From Promethearchaeota archaeon (GTDB lineage: Archaea; Asgardarchaeota; Lokiarchaeia; Sigyniarchaeales; SOKP01): DNA of 64,000 bases. The stretch is taken from assembly GCA_008080735.1 (NCBI GenBank), contig SHMW01000011.1:1-64000 (forward strand). The letters are read 5' to 3'. Below the pieces are notes generated by a model that had not been told where the DNA came from, did no database searches, and saw nothing but the letters and a program-made list of their open reading frames with translations. This document shows, one piece after another, positions 18,068-28,831 of this stretch; within the stretch, counting starts at the first letter, position 1, and the number at the start of each line of letters is the position of its first letter. Both the position numbers and the translations under genes were made by a program.

Positions 18068-18988
18068 ATGAAAAGTATGACTGCTGAATTATATTATTTC
18101 TCTGGTACCGGAAACTCTCTTTATGTTACAGATCAAATCTCCCAGAAAATTCCCTATTCAAATCTAATTCCCATTCCTGCACTTTTAAATGAGAAAAGTG
18201 ATGAGACTAAGAAAATCAAGAGGAATCATAAATCTTTTAAAACATCAGCGGATATTGTGGGTTTTATTTTTCCATGCCACGGAATTACTATTCCGGTTAT
18301 CGTAAGAAAATTTTTAAAAATGCTTGATATTGCCTCATCTGATTTTCTTTTTGCGGTCGTGACTCGCGGAGGGTCAATTTTTCGAGGTTTTTCGGCGATC
18401 AATAAAATAATTGCTAAACAAGATAAACAATTGGATGCGACGTTTGTAATTAATATGGGTATGAATGATCCAAAACTCAAGGAATTTTCAGTTCCCACAG
18501 AAGAGGAATTTAAGGAATTCGAGGAGAATGTCCAAAAAAAGGTAGAACTTATTCATAGAATAGTAAATAATCGAGGAGAATATCACGATAATATAAGTGG
18601 GATAAATTTTACTCGATATAAGTGGATCAATTACATATTAGAACGACTTATCCCCTTTTTTATGAACCATTATGCCACAGGAATGAAAAGCTACTTCTAT
18701 GTCGATTCAAAATGTACTAGTTGTGGTATATGTGAAAAGATGTGTTTGGCAAATAAAATTAAGCTAATTGACGATCAACCTATTTGGCAAGAAGATATGG
18801 AATGCTATTTGTGTTACGGATGCTTGAATTTTTGTCCTAATGAGGCTATTCAGATATATGATAAAATCTATATGAAATCATATACTCCCGAAAGGGGTAG
18901 ATATCCACATCCTTACGCAAAAGTGAATGACATGGTAAATCAGAAGTCTTTAAAGGAACTTGGAACTGATAAATATGTCATAACTTAA
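18068..18988 (+). CDS. EFR1-family flavodoxin-ferredoxin fusion
   Basis: YYFSGTGNS N-terminus; CTSCGICEKMC and CYLCYGCLNFCP clusters. Confidence 0.9.
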   Translation: MKSMTAELYYFSGTGNSLYVTDQISQKIPYSNLIPIPALLNEKSDETKKIKRNHKSFKTSADIVGFIFPCHGITIPVIVRKFLKMLDIASSDFLFAVVTRGGSIFRGFSAINKIIAKQDKQLDATFVINMGMNDPKLKEFSVPTEEEFKEFEENVQKKVELIHRIVNNRGEYHDNISGINFTRYKWINYILERLIPFFMNHYATGMKSYFYVDSKCTSCGICEKMCLANKIKLIDDQPIWQEDMECYLCYGCLNFCPNEAIQIYDKIYMKSYTPERGRYPHPYAKVNDMVNQKSLKELGTDKYVIT

Positions 18989-19003
18989 GAATGGTGATAG
19001 AAT

Positions 19004-19669
19004 ATACCGGAATTATCAAGAAGAGAGCGGGAAAAACAGAAAAGGCGGAATGAGATTTTTGAAGCCGCAAAAAACCGATTTTTCAATGATACTTATGATA
19101 ATGTCTCAATGGATGCCATCGCAGAAGATATTGAGCTTTCTAAAGCCACGCTTTATCTCTATTTTGAGAATAAAATCTCCTTGTTTTTTGCCATTGTTAT
19201 TGAAGGGATGCAAATTCTCAAGAGCACATTAAAGAATGCCGCTAAAAAGGGTTCAACGGGTTTGGATAGAATCTTAAGCATATTTCATGCATACTTTGAC
19301 TATATTGAAACCAATTCTGATTATTATCGACTCAATTTATCCTCCAGGGCACCCCGTTTTGCGAAACTGCTTCAAAACCAAGAAGAGAGTGAACCTATGG
19401 TCAAAAACGCAGATACCTATATTCAATTAACGAAGGATCTATTTGGCATAATCCTTAAGGCAGTTAATAAAGGGGTTAAGGATAAAACCATTAGAAAAGA
19501 TTTGGATCCTGTCCAAACCGTAATGTTTTTGGGTACAGCAATCGAAGACATGGCATATATCTCCCCCGAATACAAAATGCTTTTAGATATGCGAGGGATT
19601 CCGACCGAGCAATATTTAGATCATACGATCAATATATTATTAGATGGAATAGCGAGCAAAAAAAAGTGA
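19004..19669 (+). CDS. TetR/AcrR family transcriptional regulator, probably initiating at ATA 19004
   Basis: HTH SMDAIAEDIELSKATLYLYFENK. Helix 1 (SRREREKQKRRNEIFEAAKNRF) lies upstream of the track ATG at 19109. In-frame TAG at 18998; GGTGA SD at 18993-18997. Confidence 0.85.
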   Translation: MPELSRREREKQKRRNEIFEAAKNRFFNDTYDNVSMDAIAEDIELSKATLYLYFENKISLFFAIVIEGMQILKSTLKNAAKKGSTGLDRILSIFHAYFDYIETNSDYYRLNLSSRAPRFAKLLQNQEESEPMVKNADTYIQLTKDLFGIILKAVNKGVKDKTIRKDLDPVQTVMFLGTAIEDMAYISPEYKMLLDMRGIPTEQYLDHTINILLDGIASKKK

Positions 19670-20124
19670 AATTCTACTATTTAGATATTTCTTTCTTTAT
19701 TTTTAGCTCTCTATAAGATTATATCCTTTTTTCTCCATTTTGATAAACTATGAGAATTATATTAGAAAACTATTAAAAGTAGAAAAAATTGACTAATAAA
19801 TTATTTTTTAAATAAAAAAAATAAGGGGGAAACGCGATTTTTTAAATGGTATAGACCAATGGCGGGAAATTTCAAAGAATTATCTTTCCTAATTTAATGC
19901 TTAGATTGGTTCTTAAAATTAGAACTAATATACCTCTATTTTCAACAAATTAACATTTCTAAAAAAAAAAAAATCTCCCAAATGAGTTGATTGATTCAGT
20001 AGAATATAACCAATTTTCATGAGATATTTATCAGTATTAAAGAATTAAATAATCTCTCGTCTAATAGTAATTCAACAAAAATAATTAAAACCTAATGAGA
20101 GAAAAAAAAATGGTGATTATGTAA

Positions 20125-21384
20125 ATGCCACCTAAAGTTGGAATAATAGGTGTAGGAATCACGCCATTTCGGGCGAGATATCTCGACAAAACCTACTTCG
20201 AGCTAGCCTTTGATGCAACAAAATTAGCTTTAGATGATGCAAATAAAAATGATGCTAATATAACGCATCATGATTTAGAAACCACAGTATATGGTATTTA
20301 TAATGAATTATTTGAGAGACAATTTATGCCAGATATCTTCACCAATAGTTATATCGGGATGAATGATAAACCAGGAACAAGGATCGCAAGTGGGGGGGCA
20401 ACTGGAGGCTATACAGTAAGGATGGCTTTCGCAGAAGTCGCATCTGGATTATCAGACTTATGTTTATGTATTGGCCTGGAAAAATGTAATGATTGCTATG
20501 ATGAACAAACGGGTACGACAACTCCCGAGGTACTCAACGCTATTGCTTATTCTGCAGATATGACCTATGAATACCCTATGGGGATGATGGCGGCAAGCTC
20601 GTATGTTTCGATGGTAAATGCGCATCATGACGAATTTGGAAACCCCACTGAGAAACAGATGGCATTAGTAAGTGTGAAAAATCATGGAAATGCTATGAAA
20701 AATCCGAAAGCTCAATCTCCCATGGAAATAACAGTCCAAGATGTATTGAATTCGAGAATAATTTGTTATCCGTTTAAGATGCTCGATTGTTGCCTTTATT
20801 CAGAAGCCTCTGCAGCACTAATTTTAGCAAGTGAGCAGAAGGTAAAAGAACTCGGAATTGATAACCCGATCTGGATCACTGGAGTTGGTGCTGCCAATAC
20901 CGATTGTTTTATTGGAAATCGTGAATCATTGGGAAGGCTATATTCTAACATCAATGCTGCAAAAGTTGCCTATAAGATGGCTGGACTGGATTATAATAAT
21001 ATCCGAAACCAAATCGATTTAGCGGAACTTCATGATGCGTTTTCGGGACAAGAAGTTATTAGTTATGAAGAACTTGGATTTGTTCCATTCGGGGAAGGTG
21101 GTCCTTGGATTGAAAATAGTTATGAAAAACCTGGAGAAGGCCCATGGATTGACGGAGAACTACCTTGCTGTCCTTGCGGGGGATTAATAGGCTGTGGCCA
21201 TGCAGTCGGAGCAACAGGCATAATGTCAACCGGAGAAGCGGCTTTGCAACTACGAGAAGAGGCGGGAAACCATCAAGTTCCCATTGAAAAAGGAAGAGCA
21301 ATCTCACACAGTATTGGCGGGCCAGGAGCCGCATATGCGGCCGTAATTGTAATGGAAAATGAGGAGGGATTAGCAAAAAAATGA
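20125..21384 (+). CDS. SCP2/SCPx-type thiolase-fold protein
   Basis: VSVKNHGNA.KNP.AQ, ELHDAF and GHAVGATG motifs; lacks the N-terminal nucleophilic Cys (RIASGGATGG). Confidence 0.9.
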   Translation: MPPKVGIIGVGITPFRARYLDKTYFELAFDATKLALDDANKNDANITHHDLETTVYGIYNELFERQFMPDIFTNSYIGMNDKPGTRIASGGATGGYTVRMAFAEVASGLSDLCLCIGLEKCNDCYDEQTGTTTPEVLNAIAYSADMTYEYPMGMMAASSYVSMVNAHHDEFGNPTEKQMALVSVKNHGNAMKNPKAQSPMEITVQDVLNSRIICYPFKMLDCCLYSEASAALILASEQKVKELGIDNPIWITGVGAANTDCFIGNRESLGRLYSNINAAKVAYKMAGLDYNNIRNQIDLAELHDAFSGQEVISYEELGFVPFGEGGPWIENSYEKPGEGPWIDGELPCCPCGGLIGCGHAVGATGIMSTGEAALQLREEAGNHQVPIEKGRAISHSIGGPGAAYAAVIVMENEEGLAKK

Positions 21385-21884
21385 CGAATAAGAATTTTGA
21401 AGCTCATGAAATAAGAGATGAAATCAGTATCAATTATAAATATTCTCTTGGGTCTCAAAGCAAATTTTTTATCGATTTAATGAATGATAAGAAACTACAA
21501 GGCACAAAATGTAAGAAATGCGGAAAAATATGGATGCCTCCGCGAATGGGCTGTTCTGATTGTTTTGAAGATACAGAATGGATAGAATTACCTCATAGAG
21601 GTGAAATTATGGTTAGTACAATTGTGTGGTACACCACCTCAGACTTTATCCAGAAAATTCCTTATGGTATTGCGTTCATTAAGCTCGATAAAGCTGATAC
21701 AGGTATGCTCCAAGGAGTATTTTCAGAAAACTTGGTCCCATCGAAACTTAGAAAAGGGCAACTAGTACGGGCAGTCTTTAAAACAAAAGAAAATCGTGAA
21801 GGCAAAATGACGGACTTCTTTTTTGTACCAGAGGAAGAGTACGAGACATGGATTAATCAACCGGAATATGAAGGAGGTGAATAG
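21381..21884 (+). CDS. DUF35 Zn-ribbon/OB-fold protein (thiolase partner)
   Basis: GTKCKKCG...MPPR..CSDC; overlaps the thiolase stop codon. Confidence 0.9.
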   Translation: MTNKNFEAHEIRDEISINYKYSLGSQSKFFIDLMNDKKLQGTKCKKCGKIWMPPRMGCSDCFEDTEWIELPHRGEIMVSTIVWYTTSDFIQKIPYGIAFIKLDKADTGMLQGVFSENLVPSKLRKGQLVRAVFKTKENREGKMTDFFFVPEEEYETWINQPEYEGGE

Positions 21885-21885
21885 A

Positions 21886-22251
21886 ATGGGTGTCGCTAAA
21901 GAAAACTTAGAGGAAATAATCGAAAAAGTCAATCAGAATGAAAAAGCCAGAAATGTTTTTGTTACAAATGTAGCCGGAAAAGATGTAAATTGGGATATGA
22001 CATTCCAATTCAACCTGGATCAAGAAGAGCCCTTTTATTTGGAAGTAAACGAGAGAAGCGGAAAACTCCATGAAGGAAAAATTGAGAATCCAAACATAAT
22101 TCTAACCGGTGATAATGAGGCCATCGTAAGAATTTGTAATGGAGAAGGTGATTTTACCCATGCAATAAGTCGTGAACAGATTACCGTAGAAAAGGGAAAA
22201 GTTATGGATGTTATTCGACTTACTAGGGCCATAACAGCCGCCTTGAGATAA
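21886..22251 (+). CDS. SCP2 sterol/lipid-binding domain protein
   Basis: FQFNL....FYLEV, ENPNIILTG and I.VEKG pattern. Start ATG 21886 follows a GGAGGTGA SD. Confidence 0.8.
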   Translation: MGVAKENLEEIIEKVNQNEKARNVFVTNVAGKDVNWDMTFQFNLDQEEPFYLEVNERSGKLHEGKIENPNIILTGDNEAIVRICNGEGDFTHAISREQITVEKGKVMDVIRLTRAITAALR

Positions 22252-22393
22252 TTAATCTTTTTCAATAAAAATTTTAATCAACACTTTTTATTTATATTCT
22301 AATTTAATTCAATTGTGCTTTGAGCAACTACTTATAATAACATTTATATCCAATTTTTTTTATAAATAGGTAAACAAAACAAGGAGATCGAAA

Positions 22394-23206
22394 ATGAGTC
22401 ATTTAAGTGAAATAGAAGAGACTATGCTCGGACCATTATGGGCAAGAGCAACTTACTCGAAAAGATTTCCCGAATTATTGGACGATAAAAAAGCTATCGA
22501 AATAATCGAAAATGTGGAATACGATTTCAAAAAGATGGAGGATGCATTAGGAGAGTGGAGAGCTGTGGGATTAATGATCAGAGCACGCAGATTTGATGAA
22601 GCGGCAAAAAAATATATCAAAGAAAATCCTTATGCTATCGTTATAAATATTGGAGCTGGACTTGATACAACCTTTTCGAGAATTGATAATGGAAAGATTA
22701 AAATGTATAATATAGATTTACCTGAAGTAATAAAATATCGTACTCAATTGATTCCTCCTCATGATCGAAATCAAAATATTGAATCTTCAGCATTTGAGGA
22801 GGATTGGATTAATCAAATCGATTATAGTGAAGAGAAAGGTATTTTTTTTATTGCGGGAGGATTTATTTATTATTTTGATGAAAAAACAATCTCATCTTTT
22901 ATAGAAAAATTAGCAGATAAATTTCCTGGAGGAGAGATAGTTTTTGATGCGGTCTCTTCATTAGCAATGAAAAAAGTAAATAAGAGAGCAGAGAAAGCAG
23001 ATTCGGATTTAAGATTTAAATTGGCAATTGATGATCCTCAAGAACAGATTCCACTATGGTCTGATAAAATTAGAATTAAAGCATGTTTTGTGATTGGAGA
23101 CCGCGTTTCAACAAGCAAAAATTGGAAATTAAAAACAAAAATTATGAACAAAATAAGCAATTGGCTTAAGACAGCACGAATAATTCGCTTAGAATTTGTA
23201 GGATAA
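22394..23206 (+). CDS. Class I SAM-dependent methyltransferase (LCM/TcmP O-methyltransferase-like)
   Basis: ETML.PLWARA, VINIGAGLDT.F.R and IDLPEVI motifs. Confidence 0.88.
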   Translation: MSHLSEIEETMLGPLWARATYSKRFPELLDDKKAIEIIENVEYDFKKMEDALGEWRAVGLMIRARRFDEAAKKYIKENPYAIVINIGAGLDTTFSRIDNGKIKMYNIDLPEVIKYRTQLIPPHDRNQNIESSAFEEDWINQIDYSEEKGIFFIAGGFIYYFDEKTISSFIEKLADKFPGGEIVFDAVSSLAMKKVNKRAEKADSDLRFKLAIDDPQEQIPLWSDKIRIKACFVIGDRVSTSKNWKLKTKIMNKISNWLKTARIIRLEFVG

Positions 23207-23403
23207 TTGATTTTATTTATATTTTTTACTTAAACCTCAAATATCTTTCATTAATCACGTATGAATAATATAACTATAATATAAAGCTCATTTTCAGAAT
23301 TGCAAATGACTATTATCAAATCAGAAAATATTAAATAGAATAAAGGAAAATCATATTTTATAATCCAAATTTTAACAATAAAAAATTAAATATCATAGAT
23401 ATT

Positions 23404-24954
23404 ATGTCACAAAGCTTACAAACCACTGAAACCAACGAAGATTTTGATGTGATAATAATCGGTGCTGGATTGGGGGGTTTAGGCGCCGCTTGTCAATTAG
23501 GACTAAGCGATAAGAACGTTCTCTTACTGGAAAAGCATAATGTTCCTGGGGGATTTGCCACTTCATTTGTACGTGGGCGATTTGAATTTGAAGGAGCGCT
23601 CCATATGCTAAGTGATATTGGAACACCTGAGGATCCCGGTGCTTTATATAGGTTTTTTAAACGAATTGGGTTAGTTCCCGATCTTTTAAAGTTTAAACAT
23701 ATACCCGAATATTATAGAAGTATATTCTATGATGGGTACGACACAGTTATTCCATATGGAGTTGAAGAGTATTTCAATAAGTTGTTAGAGTTATTTCCAA
23801 GTGAAGAGGATGGTATTAATAACTTTAGAGAAATATGCGAAGCAATCTATAACGGAATTCAATATATTGGTAGTCGTAGGGGGAAGGTCTCGCAGAAAGA
23901 CATTATCAAAGACCATCCGTGGATCGCAAGAGTCGTGGGACTAACCTTACAAGATATATTTGATAAATGCTTTAATAATAAACGACTTATTTCAGTTATC
24001 TCCCAGCCTTGGGGCTTTTTAGGGCTCCCTCCCTCAAGATGTAGTGCATACTCATTTCTCGGAATGACAATGAGCTATTTAGACAAAGGTGGAGCTTTTC
24101 CAGAAGGTAGATCTCATGCATTAACCAGTGGTATGGTTAAATGTTTCCAGAAAATGGGGGGAACAGTAAAATTTAATGCTTTAGTAAGTAAAATTTTGTT
24201 GAAAAATGATAAAATATACGGAGTAGAATTGCTTGATGGTAAACGATTTCATTCAAAAGCAATAATCTCAAATGTGAATCCGATTTGTACGATAATGCAA
24301 TTATTACCGGATGGAACTATTCCAGAAGGTTATAAAAAAAAAATATATGCACCAGAAATAGGCCCTTCTGGATTTTCTGTATATATGGGTCTTAACGCGT
24401 CACCCCAAGAATTAGGGCTTAAAGAACATGAAACATTTATTAATAAGGATGATGATCTTGACGCAGCCTACGATAGTTTTAGGAAAATCAGAGATCCTAG
24501 ATATATTGTTGCGGCATGTTATAATAATATAGATCCAACAATTTCTCCTCAAGGAACTTCACAATTAGTTCTAACCACCCTACAAATGGGAGATGAATGG
24601 CAAATCATCGCACCCGATCAATATCACAAAATCAAGGATAATTATGCTGATAAAATGATCCAGATGGTGGAAAATACTATTCTTCCGGACATCAGACAAT
24701 ATATCGAAGTAGCTGAAGTCGCCAGCCCTCTTACATATTATCGGTATTCAAAAAATTATAACGGAGCTATATATGGCTATCATCAAGACGTTTATAATAG
24801 TCCGATGATGAGATTAAAGAGCAAAACACCAATTAAAGGGCTCTATTTAGCGGGAGCATGGACAAATTTCGGAGGCGGTTTTTCTACATCTATATTGGGA
24901 GGCAGAGTCGCAGCTGGATTATATTTAAGTGATAATAAGGAGGGAGAAATTTAA
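23404..24954 (+). CDS. Phytoene desaturase (CrtI)/retinol saturase-like FAD oxidoreductase
   Basis: IIIGAGLGGL, LEKH..PGG.ATSF.RG.FEFE, SPLT..RY....GAIYG and GLYLAGAW motifs. Confidence 0.88.
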   Translation: MSQSLQTTETNEDFDVIIIGAGLGGLGAACQLGLSDKNVLLLEKHNVPGGFATSFVRGRFEFEGALHMLSDIGTPEDPGALYRFFKRIGLVPDLLKFKHIPEYYRSIFYDGYDTVIPYGVEEYFNKLLELFPSEEDGINNFREICEAIYNGIQYIGSRRGKVSQKDIIKDHPWIARVVGLTLQDIFDKCFNNKRLISVISQPWGFLGLPPSRCSAYSFLGMTMSYLDKGGAFPEGRSHALTSGMVKCFQKMGGTVKFNALVSKILLKNDKIYGVELLDGKRFHSKAIISNVNPICTIMQLLPDGTIPEGYKKKIYAPEIGPSGFSVYMGLNASPQELGLKEHETFINKDDDLDAAYDSFRKIRDPRYIVAACYNNIDPTISPQGTSQLVLTTLQMGDEWQIIAPDQYHKIKDNYADKMIQMVENTILPDIRQYIEVAEVASPLTYYRYSKNYNGAIYGYHQDVYNSPMMRLKSKTPIKGLYLAGAWTNFGGGFSTSILGGRVAAGLYLSDNKEGEI

Positions 24955-24955
24955 T

Positions 24956-26143
24956 ATGATGGAAGATATCAAGAAATTTCGAGAGGTCGAAAAGCAAAAA
25001 AAATGGCGTGAGGAGGTCCAAGAAATACCTCCATATATCGATAAATTCGATCGATTAAACAAGAGAATACATCCGGAATCGCAAGAATTAAGGTTAACCG
25101 ATATCAAGAAATTATCTCCCAACACTAAACTATATCGCTTCGTTTCGAATAATCCAAATAATCCATTAGCGGTTTTTAGAGCAGGTCAATATATCGGATT
25201 GAATGTAAATATTAATGGTGTGAGAACTGTCCGTCCATATTCAATTGTATCTTCCCCGAATCAAGCGGCATATTATGAATTGGGAATAAAGAGAAAAGAA
25301 GGTGGATTTGTAAGTCACTATCTTCTTGATTATGCTAAATTAGGTGATATATTTCAAGCAACAGAACCAATGGGTCAATTTCATTATAATTCGCTTTTTC
25401 ATGGAAAAGATCTGGTTTTTATCGCCGGTGGATGTGGAATTACACCATTTATGTCAATGATACGATATTTTACGGAATTGGATAATGATATAAATATAGA
25501 AGTACTTTATGGATGTTTAAATGAATTGGATATCTTGTTTCGAGAAGAATTGGACGATCTTAGCACAAGGAGAGAAAAATTTGATATCAAATACGTGTTA
25601 TCCGAAGCACACTCAGAATGGGGTGGACTTTGTGGGTTTATTACAAAAGATATCATCGAACATAACATCAAATCATTTAAAGAGAAGTTCTACTATATCT
25701 GTGGAAGTAAGGATATGTATGAATTTATTTTGAAGGAGTTAGAGCGATTATTAATTCCACGTCATCATATTATTTTTGAAGCCTTCGGAGTACCTGATGA
25801 CGTTAGTAAAATAATGGGATGGCCACAGTCTCTAAATTCTTCAAATCTTTTCCAGATAACTATAGAATATATTGATGAGGGTCAAAACAAAGAAACAATA
25901 TTTGAAGCAAATAGTACAGAGCCGCTTCTGAATAGTATTGAGCGTCAGAAAGATCTTCCTATTTCAATTAAAAGCGGATGTCGTTCTGGGATATGCGCAT
26001 TATGTAGGACAAAATTGCTTTCTGGAGAGGTATTTGTTCCACCAGATGTAACTATTAGAGAAGTCGATAATCAATTCGGGTATATCCATCCATGTGTTTC
26101 ATATCCAATCTCAGATTTACACTTAGACCTGAAGATGATATAA
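24956..26143 (+). CDS. FNR-type flavin reductase with C-terminal 2Fe-2S ferredoxin (PaaE/Hcr-like)
   Basis: RPYSI.S, GFVS, IAGGCGITP, YICG, CRSGICALC and C-terminal C motifs. Start ATG 24956. Confidence 0.9.
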   Translation: MMEDIKKFREVEKQKKWREEVQEIPPYIDKFDRLNKRIHPESQELRLTDIKKLSPNTKLYRFVSNNPNNPLAVFRAGQYIGLNVNINGVRTVRPYSIVSSPNQAAYYELGIKRKEGGFVSHYLLDYAKLGDIFQATEPMGQFHYNSLFHGKDLVFIAGGCGITPFMSMIRYFTELDNDINIEVLYGCLNELDILFREELDDLSTRREKFDIKYVLSEAHSEWGGLCGFITKDIIEHNIKSFKEKFYYICGSKDMYEFILKELERLLIPRHHIIFEAFGVPDDVSKIMGWPQSLNSSNLFQITIEYIDEGQNKETIFEANSTEPLLNSIERQKDLPISIKSGCRSGICALCRTKLLSGEVFVPPDVTIREVDNQFGYIHPCVSYPISDLHLDLKMI

Positions 26144-26211
26144 AATAAGGTAAAAAAAGAATTTTTTCATTCTCTCTTCATTTTTAGTATGCTTTTCAGG
26201 TAATAAGAAAT

Positions 26212-26619
26212 TTAAAGGAATTCCGTATCTATATTTTGTAAAGAGTTTACAATTTCTTGGGCTGCTCTCGTTGCTCTCATTAATTTTGCCATGTTTCCCG
26301 TTAACTTTAATTTTCCACTCATTACTCCTTGTATGGTGTCAAGCTCACCTTTGGCCACTTTAACAAAATTATCGTAGGGTCCCGCTAAAATAAATTCACA
26401 CTCCGGATTATCTCCTTCTTTAATAATATGCGTTCCGGTACACTCACCTTTATGAAGTCCTAAAAAAAATTTCACATCATGATCTAAAGGGCCACTTGGC
26501 TCCACATGTACTAACATATCACCCGTCCACCAAGCAGCAGCTTCTTTATACGCGGGATTATTATTGATAGCCTTACCAAATTCCTTAACCCACTCCTCAC
26601 TCAATATTTTGACTGCCAT
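26212..26619 (-). CDS. SCP2 sterol/lipid-binding domain protein
   Basis: SEEW....KAIN....Y..AA..W and G.LD.IQGVMSGKLKL.GNM.KLMR motifs. Confidence 0.9.
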   Translation of the reverse strand: MAVKILSEEWVKEFGKAINNNPAYKEAAAWWTGDMLVHVEPSGPLDHDVKFFLGLHKGECTGTHIIKEGDNPECEFILAGPYDNFVKVAKGELDTIQGVMSGKLKLTGNMAKLMRATRAAQEIVNSLQNIDTEFL

Positions 26620-26740
26620 TTTATTCCATCACATAAGTAAAATATTATTCTAAAGGAATTTTTGTCGTGATTCTATTTAAAAGTATGTTAATCCATTAAA
26701 AAAGAAAATAAAAAACCAAAAAAGAAAGTAAAAAGGTAAG

Positions 26741-28591
26741 TTATATGTTATCTAAATCCAATTCTTCCAGTTTTTCCGGACTTGGATACCCTGTTTCTGG
26801 ATCCCAGTCTCTCACTTGAAAATATAGTTTTTTCAATTTTTCAAAATCAGGAGTTTTTCCCGCAGAACCTCCCTCTTCTAAAGGTTTTAACAGAATCTGG
26901 GGTAATTTTTCATCCTCTGGTGTCAACCCCATTTTCAGATTAAAGAGGCGTTTCATTGTATAAATTCTCTCTCCAGTGGTTTTTATCCGTTCAATATCAA
27001 ATTCTAAACCAGTTGCAGTTTCAATCACCTTGGCAACCATATCCGGCGGAGGATTACTGAAAATACACAGCACGAGGGAATTATAAAGAGAACGATAATC
27101 ATACTCAATAGCACAATTTTTTGCCATTATCTCATCATCGCTATATTTATCTACCAATTCGATTCCTAAATCTTGAAATGGGAGTCCTAACAACACCATA
27201 TACATATCACACGCACAATGGCAAGGACCTCGAGTTGTACCAACAGAATAAGCTAAAGCCATTCCCCATGTATGGCGCAGATCATGATAAGGGACTTCTT
27301 GTCCGATTGCAGTCGCTATCTCATCTTGGGATATACCAAATTTCTCACCAACCGCATCCGACCCTTCAGCTAAAATGTCCCCAAAACCCTCCCTAAAAAC
27401 CATCTTCTTTACCATTTCTAAAGCAGGTTCAATCTCTCCCCATTCTGGTTCAAGACCATCAATATCATCGGAAGATATCTTGCCATTGTTATATAGATAA
27501 TATACAAATGCGATTGTACCTCCTCCACTTATAGTATCAATTCCATAATCATTACATAATGTATTCGCTTTTACAATAGATTTAAGATCATCGTTTAAAA
27601 TCAATGAGCCGAAACTGACTATTGTTTCATATTCTGGAGCTTCCACTTCCCCTTCAAAAGCATACTCTCCCTCAGCTACGGACGCCTTATGAGCACAACC
27701 AATTGGACAAGAATAACAAGGATATTGCTTAGTGTAGATCATTTCCGAAGCGGTTGCACCAGAGATATTAAATGCACCATCCCACTCTCCTTGCGTCCAA
27801 TATTTAATCGGAAGTTCACCCTCCATATTATATTTGTCTACACCACCGGGAGTTCCCAGCATTCCGAACATTTGTGTGGTGAATGAACTGTTAACATTAT
27901 CGATCATTTCACTCACTGCTTCTTTATATTGATCTGGCTTTGCAGCTTCGAATTTCTTCTTTGGACCTCTGACAGCAATCGCTTTCAATTTTTTGGATCC
28001 CATTACCGCCCCGATCCCAGTTCTCCCCGCAGCTTTCTCCTCTGAGGCGATGGTGGCAAATTTGATTAAATTCTCGCCCGCTTGCCCGATACATGCCACT
28101 CTTGTTAAATTGGTTCCAGAATCTTCTTTAATAATATCATGGGTTTCTAAGGTTCCTTTGCCCCATAAATGGGAAGCGTCTTTCAATTCTGCTTTTTCCT
28201 CTGTTATATTAAGATAGACAGGTTCATCAGAGGCACCTTTTATGATAATCCCATCATATCCAGCTTTTTTTAATTCAGGTCCAAAATAACCTCCACAGTT
28301 AGCTTCACCCCAAATGCCTGTGTAAGGTGATTTTGAACATACCGTAAATCTCCCAGAGGTAGGAGCATTGCTTAAACACAATGGACCAGTCATAAACATT
28401 AGAATGTTATCTGGGCCTAATGGATCGGTTTCTTCTTCAATGAAATCATAAAGATATCGTACAGCATATCCCGCAGCTCCCAGAAAATCCTTCGCAATCT
28501 CTACGTCGAGCGGAATTTCTTTTATCTCCTTGGATGTTAGGTCTATTTCTAAAATCTTCCCTATAAATCCTTTTATATCCACATAAATCAC
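26741..28591 (-). CDS. aor: Aldehyde:ferredoxin oxidoreductase (W/Mo-pterin)
   Basis: KSPYTG..GEAN.GG, AAGRTG.GAVMGSK.LKAI, CYSCPIGC, PEYET and GIDTIS motifs. Confidence 0.93.
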   Translation of the reverse strand: MIYVDIKGFIGKILEIDLTSKEIKEIPLDVEIAKDFLGAAGYAVRYLYDFIEEETDPLGPDNILMFMTGPLCLSNAPTSGRFTVCSKSPYTGIWGEANCGGYFGPELKKAGYDGIIIKGASDEPVYLNITEEKAELKDASHLWGKGTLETHDIIKEDSGTNLTRVACIGQAGENLIKFATIASEEKAAGRTGIGAVMGSKKLKAIAVRGPKKKFEAAKPDQYKEAVSEMIDNVNSSFTTQMFGMLGTPGGVDKYNMEGELPIKYWTQGEWDGAFNISGATASEMIYTKQYPCYSCPIGCAHKASVAEGEYAFEGEVEAPEYETIVSFGSLILNDDLKSIVKANTLCNDYGIDTISGGGTIAFVYYLYNNGKISSDDIDGLEPEWGEIEPALEMVKKMVFREGFGDILAEGSDAVGEKFGISQDEIATAIGQEVPYHDLRHTWGMALAYSVGTTRGPCHCACDMYMVLLGLPFQDLGIELVDKYSDDEIMAKNCAIEYDYRSLYNSLVLCIFSNPPPDMVAKVIETATGLEFDIERIKTTGERIYTMKRLFNLKMGLTPEDEKLPQILLKPLEEGGSAGKTPDFEKLKKLYFQVRDWDPETGYPSPEKLEELDLDNI

Positions 28592-28831
28592 TTTTATTTC
28601 TAAATTTAATGAAACTAAATTCTTTACTATATTAGTATGTTGTTTTATTGTTATTTTTTTTGTTTAAAAAATTATCTAGAAGAGACATCCCTCGAAATAT
28701 CTTTAATTTTTAAGGAAGGAATAATCTTCATCAGCAAATCTTTGAGTTACAAAATTTAAATTTAATAGAATGCCATTATAATTTAACAATTAAATTTTAT
28801 AAAATTAACACGAAGAGGAGTAAAAATTCAA

